64,000 nt of DNA. Origin: an uncultured Lachnospiraceae bacterium (lineage in GTDB: Bacteria > Bacillota > Clostridia > Lachnospirales > Lachnospiraceae). A model generated the notes under the pieces. That model had not been told where the DNA came from. It did not search any database and was given only the letters and a program-made list of their open reading frames with translations. The position numbers were made by a program, and so were the translations under genes. Shown piece after piece: positions 8,420 through 18,244 of the stretch; the first letter of the stretch is position 1; every line of letters begins with the position of its first letter. The stretch covers positions 32,106-96,105 of the forward strand of contig CAJTTU010000002.1 in NCBI GenBank assembly GCA_910579325.1. The letters run 5' to 3'.

Positions 8420-9541
8420 ATGAAGTTTAATGCTAAGAGAGCGGCAGCCTTTGCCATGGCAGCCTCGATGTGTCTTTCAGTTCCGGCTTTTGCGGCAGAA
8501 AACAGTGATAAGACAGCCGGCGATTTTACGACAAGCTTTGATATCTATTCACCTACGCTGACGGTCAGTGTGCCGCTCAATTTGGATGTTGAGGTGAATC
8601 CTTTTGCAGATAGCAGTGTTACTACACTGCAATACTACAGCGTAGCTTCTCAGAGCATGGATATTTGGAATGCTTCTACGGATACCAAGAAGGATATCGG
8701 TATTCCGGTAAATGTGGAGGTACAGGCCAGCATTGCGTCAAATGCTGAGGGTGTGGTGACGGAATATGGTACTTTCCAAGAAGATTCTAAATCCACAAAG
8801 AAGAGAATTCATCTGGATCTGGCAAGTCCGACAGCGCCGACAGTAGCACTGGTTACTGGTCAGACCCCTGCATGGAAAGACCCTGCTGCTACGGATAAAA
8901 AGCTGGATCTGAAAGTGGAAAATTATACATTAACTGCGATGGATTATAAAGCTGCTTCTAATAAAACGGCTATTACAAAGTTTGGCTCCTTGCTTTCTGT
9001 AGATATTGCGGCACCTACGACAAGTGCAACAGAAACGTCAACTGGTTCTAAAGATAAATTTTCTAAAGATCCCGAAAAAATTCTTCCTACCGTAGGTTCT
9101 TTTGCTGTAGTTGGTACAGCTAACAGCCATGCGGATTGGAAAGATACTGACGTGGCTGTGAATGTTAGCTATAAGATCACTGCAAGCAACCCGCTGGCGA
9201 TTACGACTCCTGGCGTAGACGGCGGTGCAGTGACAGTTGCGGCCGATACTGATGCCACAATTGTTATAAAAGACGTGGGCGAGGCTACCGTAGAAGCCAT
9301 TGCGGTTCATAATGACAAAGAAGGCGGATATGGGGATTATATTTGGGATGCTGACAGATATACTGTTACGTATGCCGAGGATAACAGTACTCCTGCCAAA
9401 ACAGATGCAACAATCACGATTTCCAAAGATGGAGAAGGCGGCCTTGCTTACCTTGCCTCTGCTTATAAAGGTGAAGCTCAAGATCTTTGCATCAAATTGT
9501 CTGATGGACGTATGGTTGTTAGTACACTGACTCAGAATTAA
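8420..9541 (+). CDS. Secreted surface or cell-wall-associated protein of unknown family
   Basis: Signal peptide MKFNAKRAAAFAMAASMCLSVPAFA|AE. The mature part is Thr/Ser/Ala/Val-rich. RBS is GGAGGA. Confidence 0.65.
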   Translation: MKFNAKRAAAFAMAASMCLSVPAFAAENSDKTAGDFTTSFDIYSPTLTVSVPLNLDVEVNPFADSSVTTLQYYSVASQSMDIWNASTDTKKDIGIPVNVEVQASIASNAEGVVTEYGTFQEDSKSTKKRIHLDLASPTAPTVALVTGQTPAWKDPAATDKKLDLKVENYTLTAMDYKAASNKTAITKFGSLLSVDIAAPTTSATETSTGSKDKFSKDPEKILPTVGSFAVVGTANSHADWKDTDVAVNVSYKITASNPLAITTPGVDGGAVTVAADTDATIVIKDVGEATVEAIAVHNDKEGGYGDYIWDADRYTVTYAEDNSTPAKTDATITISKDGEGGLAYLASAYKGEAQDLCIKLSDGRMVVSTLTQN

Positions 9542-9573
9542 TTATAGTAAAACCTTAAGAAATAATGTAAAAA

Positions 9574-9606
9574 AACAGGGCGTTTCTGCCACGCCCTGTT
9601 TTTCTC
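9574..9606 (+). terminator. Intrinsic terminator of the surface-protein operon
   Basis: cagggcg (9576-9582) pairs with cgccctg (9592-9598), followed by TTTTTC. Confidence 0.8.
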
Positions 9607-9708
9607 TTTATAGAAAATTGTATTTTCATAATGGAGGATCCGGTAAAAAATATGCTTAAATGTACATCACGCAGGCATATGTTCTGCCGGATGCGGAAAG
9701 GGGCTGTT

Positions 9709-10116
9709 ATGGATAGAAGGCGGGTATTGTTTTTGGCAGCGTCGTTTTTAGGGCTTGTTTGGGCTTTTCCTGCAAATGTGGCTTTGGGAGAAGGGACGGC
9801 AGGCACAAGTGTAAGCGGAGACATAATAACAAAGGAGACGGAACCGTATTCTGTAGATGGATCGGCTGCGGATAAAACAGAAACCGGAGAAATGGAAAAA
9901 TATGAGAACGACAAAAATGAAGTAAAAAACGTAGGAGTGACAAAAACTGAGGGAACGTTAGAAGATAAAGAAACTGTAAAAAATGAAGAAGAACGCAAAA
10001 TTGAAGATCTGGTAATTAACAAAGAAAACGTCAGGATGCGGACGGATATGGGCCGGGATACTGCCATATACCGTGTTTCATTGAGGAAAGTCGGGACGAC
10101 GGAGATAAAGAAGTAG
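9709..10116 (+). CDS. Secreted acidic low-complexity protein, possibly frame-disrupted at its 3' end
   Basis: MDRRRVLFLAASFLGLVWAFPANVALG is signal-peptide-like, followed by E/K/T-rich sequence. The acidic character continues in another frame from 10020 to 10316. Confidence 0.4.
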   Translation: MDRRRVLFLAASFLGLVWAFPANVALGEGTAGTSVSGDIITKETEPYSVDGSAADKTETGEMEKYENDKNEVKNVGVTKTEGTLEDKETVKNEEERKIEDLVINKENVRMRTDMGRDTAIYRVSLRKVGTTEIKK

Positions 10117-10322
10117 ATGGTGAAAAGAAAAGAATATCGGATACAGAGGAAGAAATGACAACAGAAACAAATCTATCCGGCGAAAAGACAGAGGAATTAT
10201 CATCGGAGAAAGAAACGACTGTGGAAGAAGAATCATCCGAAAGGGAAACTATATCGGAGGATATGCCGTCAGGGGAAGTAACATCAGCCGAGGGAACAGA
10301 CAAAAAAGAAGGGTAAGCTGAT

Positions 10323-11582
10323 ATGGACATGAGAAAAGGGCAGAAAAAAGAATGGAAGAGAAAACCATGGCCTCTGACAGTGGAAAACCTGTTTGATGAC
10401 GGCGTAAATTTCTGGTTTACGGAATTCACTTTTAACGGTTTGTTTCAAATGAATAAGAAAAATCGTATTCCTCGGTTCATTGGGGAATTTCCAGGGGAGG
10501 ATTTTTCTCAGGGGAGGCTATACACTTCCATGGTTATGTGTAATGGAAAGCTGTATTTTGCGCCTTTTTTTGCCAGAGAGATTGGCACATATGATTTGAG
10601 AACAGGGGAGTTTGGAAAAATCCCCATTCTTGTTCCTGAGAAAAGGGCAGGCTGGGACTGGAGTCGGGAAAAATTTTTTAAAGTTATGGCATCGGGAAAG
10701 CTGGTTTATTTTTTACCTTGTCATTATCCGGGGATTTTGTGTTATGACACGGAAACCGGCACATTCGACCTGTATGATCAGTGGGTGGATGAAGTGGAAA
10801 GGATGCGGATAAGCGAATGGTGGTATTTTTTTGATTATGAGCTGTCTGGCAGTACCTTATATCTTCCCTGTGGCTGCGCAGACAGTGTGGTTATGATTGA
10901 TATTGTTCAAAAGAAAACACGAATGTTGAAAGTGCCCGGAGGAGATTTTCCCTGTCGATTTTGCGGCATCTCCCAAAACGCAGGGTATTTTTATTTACTT
11001 CGAGGGGATGGGGTCGTGGTAAAACGGCGTTTGGAGACAGAGGAAGAGAATGAGAAGATAATCCGGTTGTCAGCGAAAAATGATGAAGAAGAGCAGGAGA
11101 TCACTTTTTATCCGGTATGCCAGGCAGGAAGATATCTGTATTTTTTCCCTTTTCTGGAAGGAAATTGTTTTCGGTTGGACATGGAGCACTGCAGAGTAGA
11201 GCCTGTAAAGGACTTTGACGATGAACAAAGCTTTGAAGGTTCTTGCTTTTTATTTCTCACGTCTCTTTGGGATGGAGAAACCTTGTATGCGACAGGGGGG
11301 AGAAGCCGTCTGTTTCTGGAGTGCCACCAGAAACAGAGAGAAGTCGTTTCGACTGGTTTGTTTTTGCGGGAGGATGAGCAGAGATTTCTGGAGGACAGAA
11401 AGAGGACGGATTTCCTTTTGCGAAACCGACAAAGGGAGATTTATGAAAATGAATGGGATTCTCTGGGGCTGTTGATGTCTGTGTTTGAGAAAGAAGAAGA
11501 TGCGCAGAATCTTTTTTTAGTGAAAAAATCGGTCACAGAATGTATCACATATGGAGAAGGAATATATCGGATTCTGATTTGA
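10323..11582 (+). CDS. Hypothetical protein with six Kelch-like or beta-propeller-like repeats
   Basis: Six spaced repeats of G..LY(F).P...(I/L).YD..T: GKLYFAPFF, GKLVYFLPC, GSTLYLPCG, AGYFYLLRG, GRYLYFFPF, GETLYATGG. Confidence 0.55.
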   Translation: MDMRKGQKKEWKRKPWPLTVENLFDDGVNFWFTEFTFNGLFQMNKKNRIPRFIGEFPGEDFSQGRLYTSMVMCNGKLYFAPFFAREIGTYDLRTGEFGKIPILVPEKRAGWDWSREKFFKVMASGKLVYFLPCHYPGILCYDTETGTFDLYDQWVDEVERMRISEWWYFFDYELSGSTLYLPCGCADSVVMIDIVQKKTRMLKVPGGDFPCRFCGISQNAGYFYLLRGDGVVVKRRLETEEENEKIIRLSAKNDEEEQEITFYPVCQAGRYLYFFPFLEGNCFRLDMEHCRVEPVKDFDDEQSFEGSCFLFLTSLWDGETLYATGGRSRLFLECHQKQREVVSTGLFLREDEQRFLEDRKRTDFLLRNRQREIYENEWDSLGLLMSVFEKEEDAQNLFLVKKSVTECITYGEGIYRILI

Positions 11583-11691
11583 TAAAAATATAAAAAACTG
11601 TTGCGGGATTTTTGTCACTGTATGACATGAAATAAACGACTTATGTGTTGGGAATGAGAAAGCGCTTTGATGGAATAAGGAGGTCAAGTGG

Positions 11692-14187
11692 ATGGAGCGG
11701 AACTTGTTAATCTCCGGAGATTTCGGACAGTGGAGGATAGAGGATCTGCGATGGGAGCGGGTATTCGACTATTTCTTTTGCGGTGACAGACGGATTTTGT
11801 ATGTTGTCGGTGAAAAGGGTAAGTTGCTGGGAATTATCACTTTAAAAGATTTTTTGGAGAATCCATTTCAGCTGGAAAAAGCGATAAACCGGAATTATTT
11901 TTTTGTGGAGGATGGTCCTGAAAGCAAAGTTCTTGCTCAGGCCAGAGATATCTATAAAAAACGAAAGATTTTGTCAGAGTTGCCTGTTATTGATAGCAGG
12001 CGTCATATGACAGGGTATGTGACATATGTACCCCAATGCCAGGAAGAAGCAGTTCCAAAGGTTCTTCAGGAGGTGAGGGAAAAAATAGAGGCCCTGAAAA
12101 CCAGCTATTATTTAAAAGAGGAGCTGGAGGCTTTTTACCAGATAGAAGATGGAACAGAGATTTTTATCAGGCAGTGTCCTATTGGTCTTGAGTTTGCTTC
12201 ACTTTTTGACGGAAATTTAAAGATGACCTTCCTTTCGGAACAGGAGTATCTGGATTTGATCAAGCGTTTGATGCGGAATGTAAATTGCCGTACGGAACAG
12301 GAAAAAACCTGTTTGCTGTTTGATCTGGATTCGGGAAAGCGACGGGAGCTGTGTCAACGATTTGGACTGGATTTTGTGTATGGACTGGAAACGTTTTTAC
12401 AAGAATTTCTGGAATTGGTGAACAAAGGAGTGTTTTCCATCCTGTTACGGATCACGCAGACAGCGAGATATACTCTGGAGGACTTTATCAGAGATAATGG
12501 TATGGAGGATATATCTTTTGCGACCAACAGGCTGCTGACAGGTTATTTATCCCGGTATATGAGGGAACGCCACATTCCTTTGGATATAAGGGCATCAGAT
12601 TATATTACAGTCATGCAGGTGGGGTGTCTGGTAAACGGAGTCAGGGGATGTCCTATTGATCCTATTGGATTTGAGTATTGCGATATGGTGGAGCAGCAAT
12701 ATTCTTTTATGGAAGAAGCCAAGAAAAAAGGAGTGTCCGTATTTTGCGTCAGCGCCGCTGTTCATGCGAAAACTACGGATACGGAAAAGCAAAGGATACA
12801 AAGGCTGGGCAGACTGGAAAATCTGCTTGCTGAGAAAAATGTGGAGTTTATACAGCAATTATATCAGGATGTATGCGAGGATCAATCACCATTGGAATAT
12901 GCGGAAGAATTGTTCTATCACTTTCCTGTAAGGAGAAGATTTGAGAATGATCTGGTTGTTAATGAGGATTATACCAGTCGTTATGTAAATATAGAAAATG
13001 GGATTCGTAGAACTTGCTATCAGCCGGAGAAATATGGGAATACCATATATTTTATAGGCCCCTGTTTTGCCATGGGTTCTTTTGTGGAAGACCGGCATAC
13101 GATTCCATCTTTGCTTGCGAAGTTGCTCAGGGAGAATGGTTACGCTTACAGAGTAGTAAATTTAGGTGTTTTGGCTTCTAATCAAAGCAAACGGATGATT
13201 CGGTCGCTGGAGTTGGAGAAGGGGGATATTATCATCTGCCTGATGTACAACGAGGGAGGGGGAGAAACGGGGAAGGTAATGGACCCCAGCCCGGCTTTTA
13301 ACCGACTTTGGCCCAGAAAAGATATGTTTTTGGACAAAGGAGTACATTGTAACGCAGAAGGAAATAAAGTTTATGCACAGGCGATTTATGACTACATTTA
13401 TCCGGCATTGAAAAAGAATGTGCCGGTTTTAAAAAAATTTAATATTTATAATGTGTTTAAACCTGATGTTCATGATTTTGGTTTATATGGAGCAAAAGAA
13501 TATTTAGAGATGCTTTTTCACAAAAGGGAAACAGTTCCCCAAAGCGCTAAAGTGATTGGAAGCATTGTGATGAATTGTAACCCTTTTACTTTAGGTCATG
13601 GGCATTTGGTAGAGTATGCCAGAGAAAACTGCGACTATCTTTTTATTTTTGTAGTTCAGGAGGACAAATCCTTTTTCCGGTTTGAGGATCGGTTTGCCAT
13701 AGCAAAGGCTTATTGTAAACAGTATGATGATGTAACGGTATTGCCCAGTGGGAAGATGATTGTTTCCGGCGTATCTTTTCCGGAATATTTTAAACGAGAA
13801 GTGGTACGAGATCAGGAAAGAGAGCATAAGCCTATTATGGTGACGCCGGCGATGGATTTTCGTCTGTTCGCTTATTATATTGCGCCGGCTTTGGGAATTC
13901 AAAAGCGGTTTGTGGCAGAAGAGCCTTTGGATTATGTAACCAGGGAATACAACGAGAGCATGAAACGGGTACTTTCCGCTTTTAATATCCAGGTAGAGGA
14001 AATTCCAAGAAAAGTTCTTCCCAGCGGGGAGATAATCAGTGCTTCCAGGGTGAGAAAATTATATCGAGAGCAGTGTTTTGAAAAGGTGAAAGAGCTGTTG
14101 CCAGATAGTACTTGGGAATATTTGGATGCAAAAGGTTTTTTTTGCGTCGGGAACTACTCCAGAAAAGAAAAATCGAGTTTGCGGTGA
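11692..14187 (+). CDS. Large multidomain protein: N-terminal CBS-like region, central unknown region, C-terminal citrate-lyase-ligase (CitC)-like cytidylyltransferase-fold domain
   Basis: ILYVVGEKGKLLGIITLKDF and ELPVIDSRRHMTGYV are CBS-like. The C-terminal MNCNPFTLGHGHLVEYA...YLFIFVVQEDKSFFRFEDR carries the (T/H)xGH nucleotidyltransferase motif. AAGGAGGT lies 7 nt before the ATG. Confidence 0.65.
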   Translation: MERNLLISGDFGQWRIEDLRWERVFDYFFCGDRRILYVVGEKGKLLGIITLKDFLENPFQLEKAINRNYFFVEDGPESKVLAQARDIYKKRKILSELPVIDSRRHMTGYVTYVPQCQEEAVPKVLQEVREKIEALKTSYYLKEELEAFYQIEDGTEIFIRQCPIGLEFASLFDGNLKMTFLSEQEYLDLIKRLMRNVNCRTEQEKTCLLFDLDSGKRRELCQRFGLDFVYGLETFLQEFLELVNKGVFSILLRITQTARYTLEDFIRDNGMEDISFATNRLLTGYLSRYMRERHIPLDIRASDYITVMQVGCLVNGVRGCPIDPIGFEYCDMVEQQYSFMEEAKKKGVSVFCVSAAVHAKTTDTEKQRIQRLGRLENLLAEKNVEFIQQLYQDVCEDQSPLEYAEELFYHFPVRRRFENDLVVNEDYTSRYVNIENGIRRTCYQPEKYGNTIYFIGPCFAMGSFVEDRHTIPSLLAKLLRENGYAYRVVNLGVLASNQSKRMIRSLELEKGDIIICLMYNEGGGETGKVMDPSPAFNRLWPRKDMFLDKGVHCNAEGNKVYAQAIYDYIYPALKKNVPVLKKFNIYNVFKPDVHDFGLYGAKEYLEMLFHKRETVPQSAKVIGSIVMNCNPFTLGHGHLVEYARENCDYLFIFVVQEDKSFFRFEDRFAIAKAYCKQYDDVTVLPSGKMIVSGVSFPEYFKREVVRDQEREHKPIMVTPAMDFRLFAYYIAPALGIQKRFVAEEPLDYVTREYNESMKRVLSAFNIQVEEIPRKVLPSGEIISASRVRKLYREQCFEKVKELLPDSTWEYLDAKGFFCVGNYSRKEKSSLR

Positions 14188-14202
14188 AAGGGTAAAAAGG
14201 GA

Positions 14203-15717
14203 ATGTCAAATATGGAATATATTATCGTCCAGGCAGGCGGCAAAGGAACCCGGCTGCAATATCTTACGAAAAATAAACCAAAGGCGCTTGTTCCGGTGGA
14301 AAACCTGCCGATGTTATTTCACTTGTTTCAAAAATATCCGGACAAGCGTTTTATTATCATAGCGGATTACCATAAAGAGGTTTTACATGAGTATCTGGCT
14401 GCCTTTGCGAAGGTCAAATACAGGATTGTTGATGCTCAGGGGACAGGGACCTGCGCTGGGGTGCGTCAGGCGGTAAGCCTGATTCCGGAAGGGCAGGCCT
14501 TTATGTTGATCTGGTCAGATCTGATTCTGCCGGACAGTTTTATGCTGCCCGACGAATATGGAGCCGATAATGGTTCAGCGAATAATTATATAGGAATCTC
14601 AAAAACTTTTCCATGCAGATGGAGTTATTGTGACGGTCTGTTTACGGAGGAACGATCCAGCGAACATGGCGTGGCGGGTTTCTTTTTGTTTTCCGATAAA
14701 AGTATATTGACGGATGTACCGGAGAGCGGAGAGCTGGTACGCTGGATGCAGCAGAAATCTTTTCGCTTTAAAGAGATCAGCCTTGCCGGAACAAAAGAAT
14801 TTGGCCTGTTGGAAGAATATCAGAAACTGGCACGTGAAAAATGCCGCCCTTTTAACCGGATTACTTTTGAGGGCGACTATTTGATTAAAGAACCGGTGGA
14901 TGATCAGGGAGAAAAGCTTGCGACGAAGGAACAGGCGTGGTATGAGAAGGCCGTCCGGAATAAAGTGGATATCATTCCAAAAATATATGAGAAATCCCCG
15001 TTAAAAATGGAGCGGATATCCGGAAAAAATATATATGAGTACCAGCTGTCATATAAAGAAAAAGCCGAGATTCTTGAAAAGCTGGTCGCTGCGCTGCGTC
15101 ATCTGCATCAATCTGACAGTATAGAAGCTGACGCTTTCAGCATGCGGGAGGCTTATTTTAATAAGACAATGGACAGGCTGTCGCGGATAGAGGATCTGGT
15201 GCCTTTCGCCCGGGAGCGGGAGATTGTGATTAATGGGAAGAAGTGCAAAAACGTTTATTTTCTTAAACGTAAGCTGGAAAAAATGCTGCAGCGGCTTTCC
15301 TGTGACAGGTTTTCTTTTATTCACGGGGACTGTACCTTTTCAAATTTAATGCTGAGGGATAACGGTGAGCCGGTATTGATTGACCCAAGGGGATATTTTG
15401 GGTATACGGACTTTTATGGGGACGTCCGGTATGACTGGGCGAAACTGTACTACTCAATCGTGGGCAATTATGACCGTTTTAATCTGAAACAGTTTAAATT
15501 GGAAATTGGTGAGAATGGTGTTTTTTTGGAAATACAGTCCAATGGCTGGGAGGATATGGAGGATGAGTTTTTCCGTCTTACCAGAGCGGAACCGGAAGAG
15601 ATCAGACTGATTCATGCGGTAATCTGGTTATCCCTGACGACTTATGCCTGGCAGGATTATGACTCCATATGCGGGGCGTTTTATAACGGGCTGTATTATC
15701 TGGAGGATCTGTGGTGA
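14203..15717 (+). CDS. Bifunctional nucleotidyltransferase / kinase (LicC-LicA-like architecture)
   Basis: The N-terminus IVQAGGKGTRLQYLTKNKPKALVPV matches the NTP-transferase G-x-G-t-R-l motif. The C-terminus FIHGDCTFSNLML...LIDPRGYFG matches the choline/aminoglycoside-kinase catalytic loop. Confidence 0.7.
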   Translation: MSNMEYIIVQAGGKGTRLQYLTKNKPKALVPVENLPMLFHLFQKYPDKRFIIIADYHKEVLHEYLAAFAKVKYRIVDAQGTGTCAGVRQAVSLIPEGQAFMLIWSDLILPDSFMLPDEYGADNGSANNYIGISKTFPCRWSYCDGLFTEERSSEHGVAGFFLFSDKSILTDVPESGELVRWMQQKSFRFKEISLAGTKEFGLLEEYQKLAREKCRPFNRITFEGDYLIKEPVDDQGEKLATKEQAWYEKAVRNKVDIIPKIYEKSPLKMERISGKNIYEYQLSYKEKAEILEKLVAALRHLHQSDSIEADAFSMREAYFNKTMDRLSRIEDLVPFAREREIVINGKKCKNVYFLKRKLEKMLQRLSCDRFSFIHGDCTFSNLMLRDNGEPVLIDPRGYFGYTDFYGDVRYDWAKLYYSIVGNYDRFNLKQFKLEIGENGVFLEIQSNGWEDMEDEFFRLTRAEPEEIRLIHAVIWLSLTTYAWQDYDSICGAFYNGLYYLEDLW

Positions 15718-15791
15718 TAAAGGATAAATTTGGAGAGTGGTTTTTTAATATATTTATATGACATGGCGGATACGCCAAGAAAGGGGAAAGC

Positions 15792-16388
15792 ATGCTGGCC
15801 TATTTTGAGGAGCAGATGAAAGAACTGGACAAATCCATACATTCCATAGATGAGCCTATGTTTCGGAAAATGTTGGACAAAGCGGTGGAGACTTTAGACG
15901 CAGGTCACAAAATCATAGTTTCGGGTCTGGGAAAGAATGTCCCGATCTGTGAGAAATTCGTTGGCTCAATGGTATCCATGGGGCTGGACGCTTATTTTTT
16001 ACATACCAATTCGGCGGTGCATGGCGATATGGGGCTGGTAAAAGACGGGGACATGGTAATCATCCTGACAAAGAGCGGCGAGACCTCGGAGTCTATTTAT
16101 CTGGCCAGGTTGTTGAGGGAAAGAGATATCCATATGTGGCTGTTGACGTTCTGCGGGCAGAGCACGTTGGCCAGGGAAATCCCGGACAGCATTATATTAG
16201 ATTTGAGCCATGAGGGAGATCCGTGGAATATCATGCCGAATAATTCCACAACGATGAACTTGATTGTGCTGCAGGGCCTGGCCATGATGATAGCGAGGAA
16301 GAAGGACTTGAGAATTGAGGATTTTAAAAGAAATCATCCGGGCGGGCATATTGGTGAGATTTTAAACAATAATGAGCGGGAACATTGA
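15792..16388 (+). CDS. SIS-domain sugar-phosphate isomerase (KpsF/GutQ-like SIS domain without CBS pair)
   Basis: IIVSGLGKNVPICEKFVGSMVSMGLDAYFLHTNSAVHGDMGLVKDGDMVIILTKSGETSE. Confidence 0.75.
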   Translation: MLAYFEEQMKELDKSIHSIDEPMFRKMLDKAVETLDAGHKIIVSGLGKNVPICEKFVGSMVSMGLDAYFLHTNSAVHGDMGLVKDGDMVIILTKSGETSESIYLARLLRERDIHMWLLTFCGQSTLAREIPDSIILDLSHEGDPWNIMPNNSTTMNLIVLQGLAMMIARKKDLRIEDFKRNHPGGHIGEILNNNEREH

Positions 16389-16443
16389 GGGGATTAAATT
16401 AAATCCTGAATAAAAAAGGAATCATGAGACATGGAGCAGGGTA

Positions 16444-16938
16444 ATGGGAAAACCGGGTATACGAATCGCGAGAGGCATGATTTACTGGTATCAATTGAGA
16501 TTGTTATTGCGAATCAACTATAAGAAAAGTGTTCTGGTTCTCGCCGGGGAGAGTGAGGAGCTGGATGACTGCTGTATTCTTCATCTTGGAGATTTTATGA
16601 GGAGGAAACATGTAGACGGCGCTATTATTATTTATGCGTCTGACAGGGAGATCCGTGTAAACCGGGAGAATGGCATGGAGAGGATACGGAAGTACAGAAT
16701 ATCAAAGTATCGGATGAGATTATTGTATGATGCGTATTGTTTCTATAAATTTTATGATAATATCGTTTTTACTTATACGGACACACCTGAGGATAACCTT
16801 TTGGGCAGGTATTTAAGAGAAACAAAGGTGAACACGGAGGATGCGGCGTGCCTTGCGCTTTATCATTTACGCCGCGTGCCGAAGCGAGAAACAGTTCAGG
16901 AGAAACAGATATGTATGACGCGGAACTCCGTAAAGTAA
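16444..16938 (+). CDS. Hypothetical protein, first gene of duplicated module 1
   Basis: The ORF overlaps the next gene by 28 nt. It has weak colinear similarity to 20325-20699 (LLYDAYCFYKFYD vs KKLYFMYEFSG). Confidence 0.4.
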   Translation: MGKPGIRIARGMIYWYQLRLLLRINYKKSVLVLAGESEELDDCCILHLGDFMRRKHVDGAIIIYASDREIRVNRENGMERIRKYRISKYRMRLLYDAYCFYKFYDNIVFTYTDTPEDNLLGRYLRETKVNTEDAACLALYHLRRVPKRETVQEKQICMTRNSVK

Positions 16939-18212
16939 CGAGAAAGCTGAGATTTCGTAATGCCCTTGGAACGCTGAGAAAAAAAACAGTGTATCTGTTC
17001 GGTGTAAGTGACAATACCAGGCAGGTAATTCAAATCCTGCGCGAATTAGGCATGGAGCCATGTAACGTAATCGATAATGACAGGACAAAGCAAAACAGCT
17101 ATTGCGCGAGACTGAGGGTTATTTCATTGGACGAGGCGGATTCGCCGGGAGCGTCGGAGAAAATCTATATGATATATTCGACATACTGGCGAGAAATGCT
17201 TCCGCAGTTAATGAAATACGGAGTGAAAAGACGGAATATATGGAAATTAAATCCCGCTCAGGATTGTCTGCCGGAATTATTGCTCAAAGCATATAGAGGG
17301 AAACGCTACAGAGAGCGTTTACGTAAAAAATATGGTGATATACCTGTTTTTCTGTGCCCATATACAGGCAGTGGGGATATTTACCTGATCGGAACCTTTT
17401 GGGACGAGTATATAAGGCGTAACCATATTGAGGATTATGTGTTCGTGGTGATAACAGGGGCGTGTAAAAAAGTGGCTTCGTTATTTGACATTAAAAATGT
17501 GGAGTTAGTAAAGAAAAAAGAATACGCACAGTATTTGATCGACTACTATCTGTACGATCCGGAAAAAGGAAAGATTAAGCTGCTTAATGATTGCTGGGCG
17601 CAGGTTCACACGAACCAGACGGAATGGTTCAGGGGATATAAAGGATTATATTTTACGGAATTGTTCAGAAGGTTTGTTTTTGATTTGCCGGACGATGTAA
17701 GGCCGCGGCATCCCGCCTATAAGGACGAGTCGGAGTGCGTGAGGGAGCTTTTTAACAAATATGGCCTGCCGCCGGGAAAGACAATTATTATATCGCCATA
17801 TTCGAATACGCTGTCAGATCTTCCGGAATGGTTTTGGGAGGGATTGGTTGAAAAGCTTTCGAGGAAAGGATATTGTGTCGGGACGAACAGCGGCGGGAAG
17901 ACGGAGCCGGCCATTGCCGGGAGCAAAGAAATATTTTTCCCATTAGACATCGCCCCACAGTTTATTGAGCGAGCGGGAGGGTTTATAGGGGTTCGGAGCG
18001 GGCTGTGCGATGTGATCAGCGGGACTTCCGCCAGGAAGGTAATATTATATGACGCCAGGAACAGGTTTTATATGGGAAGTGCGTATGAGTATTTCAGTTT
18101 AAGGCGGATGGGATTGTGTGAGGATGTGGAGGAAATAGAATACGCAGATATTGATATGGGGAACGTTATAGACAGAATACTGCGAATATTTATTGATCAG
18201 GAAGATATATGA
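16911..18212 (+). CDS. Putative GT-B/GT9-like glycosyltransferase, paralog 1
   Basis: AGGAGA lies 6 nt before the ATG at 16911. N-terminal Rossmann-like VYLFGVSDNTRQVIQIL...VIDND. The C-terminal ERAGGFIGVRSGLCDVISGTSARKVILY resembles the heptosyltransferase-type IG.DSG..H motif region. Confidence 0.55.
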   Translation: MYDAELRKVTRKLRFRNALGTLRKKTVYLFGVSDNTRQVIQILRELGMEPCNVIDNDRTKQNSYCARLRVISLDEADSPGASEKIYMIYSTYWREMLPQLMKYGVKRRNIWKLNPAQDCLPELLLKAYRGKRYRERLRKKYGDIPVFLCPYTGSGDIYLIGTFWDEYIRRNHIEDYVFVVITGACKKVASLFDIKNVELVKKKEYAQYLIDYYLYDPEKGKIKLLNDCWAQVHTNQTEWFRGYKGLYFTELFRRFVFDLPDDVRPRHPAYKDESECVRELFNKYGLPPGKTIIISPYSNTLSDLPEWFWEGLVEKLSRKGYCVGTNSGGKTEPAIAGSKEIFFPLDIAPQFIERAGGFIGVRSGLCDVISGTSARKVILYDARNRFYMGSAYEYFSLRRMGLCEDVEEIEYADIDMGNVIDRILRIFIDQEDI

Positions 18213-18244
18213 AATAAACAATTCAAACAGCGAGAGGTTATATT

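Noticed and set aside
10020-10116. Programmed -1 ribosomal frameshift joining the two acidic frames
   Set aside because: No X XXY YYZ slippery heptamer or downstream stimulatory structure is visible in the overlap. A mutation or assembly error is more parsimonious.
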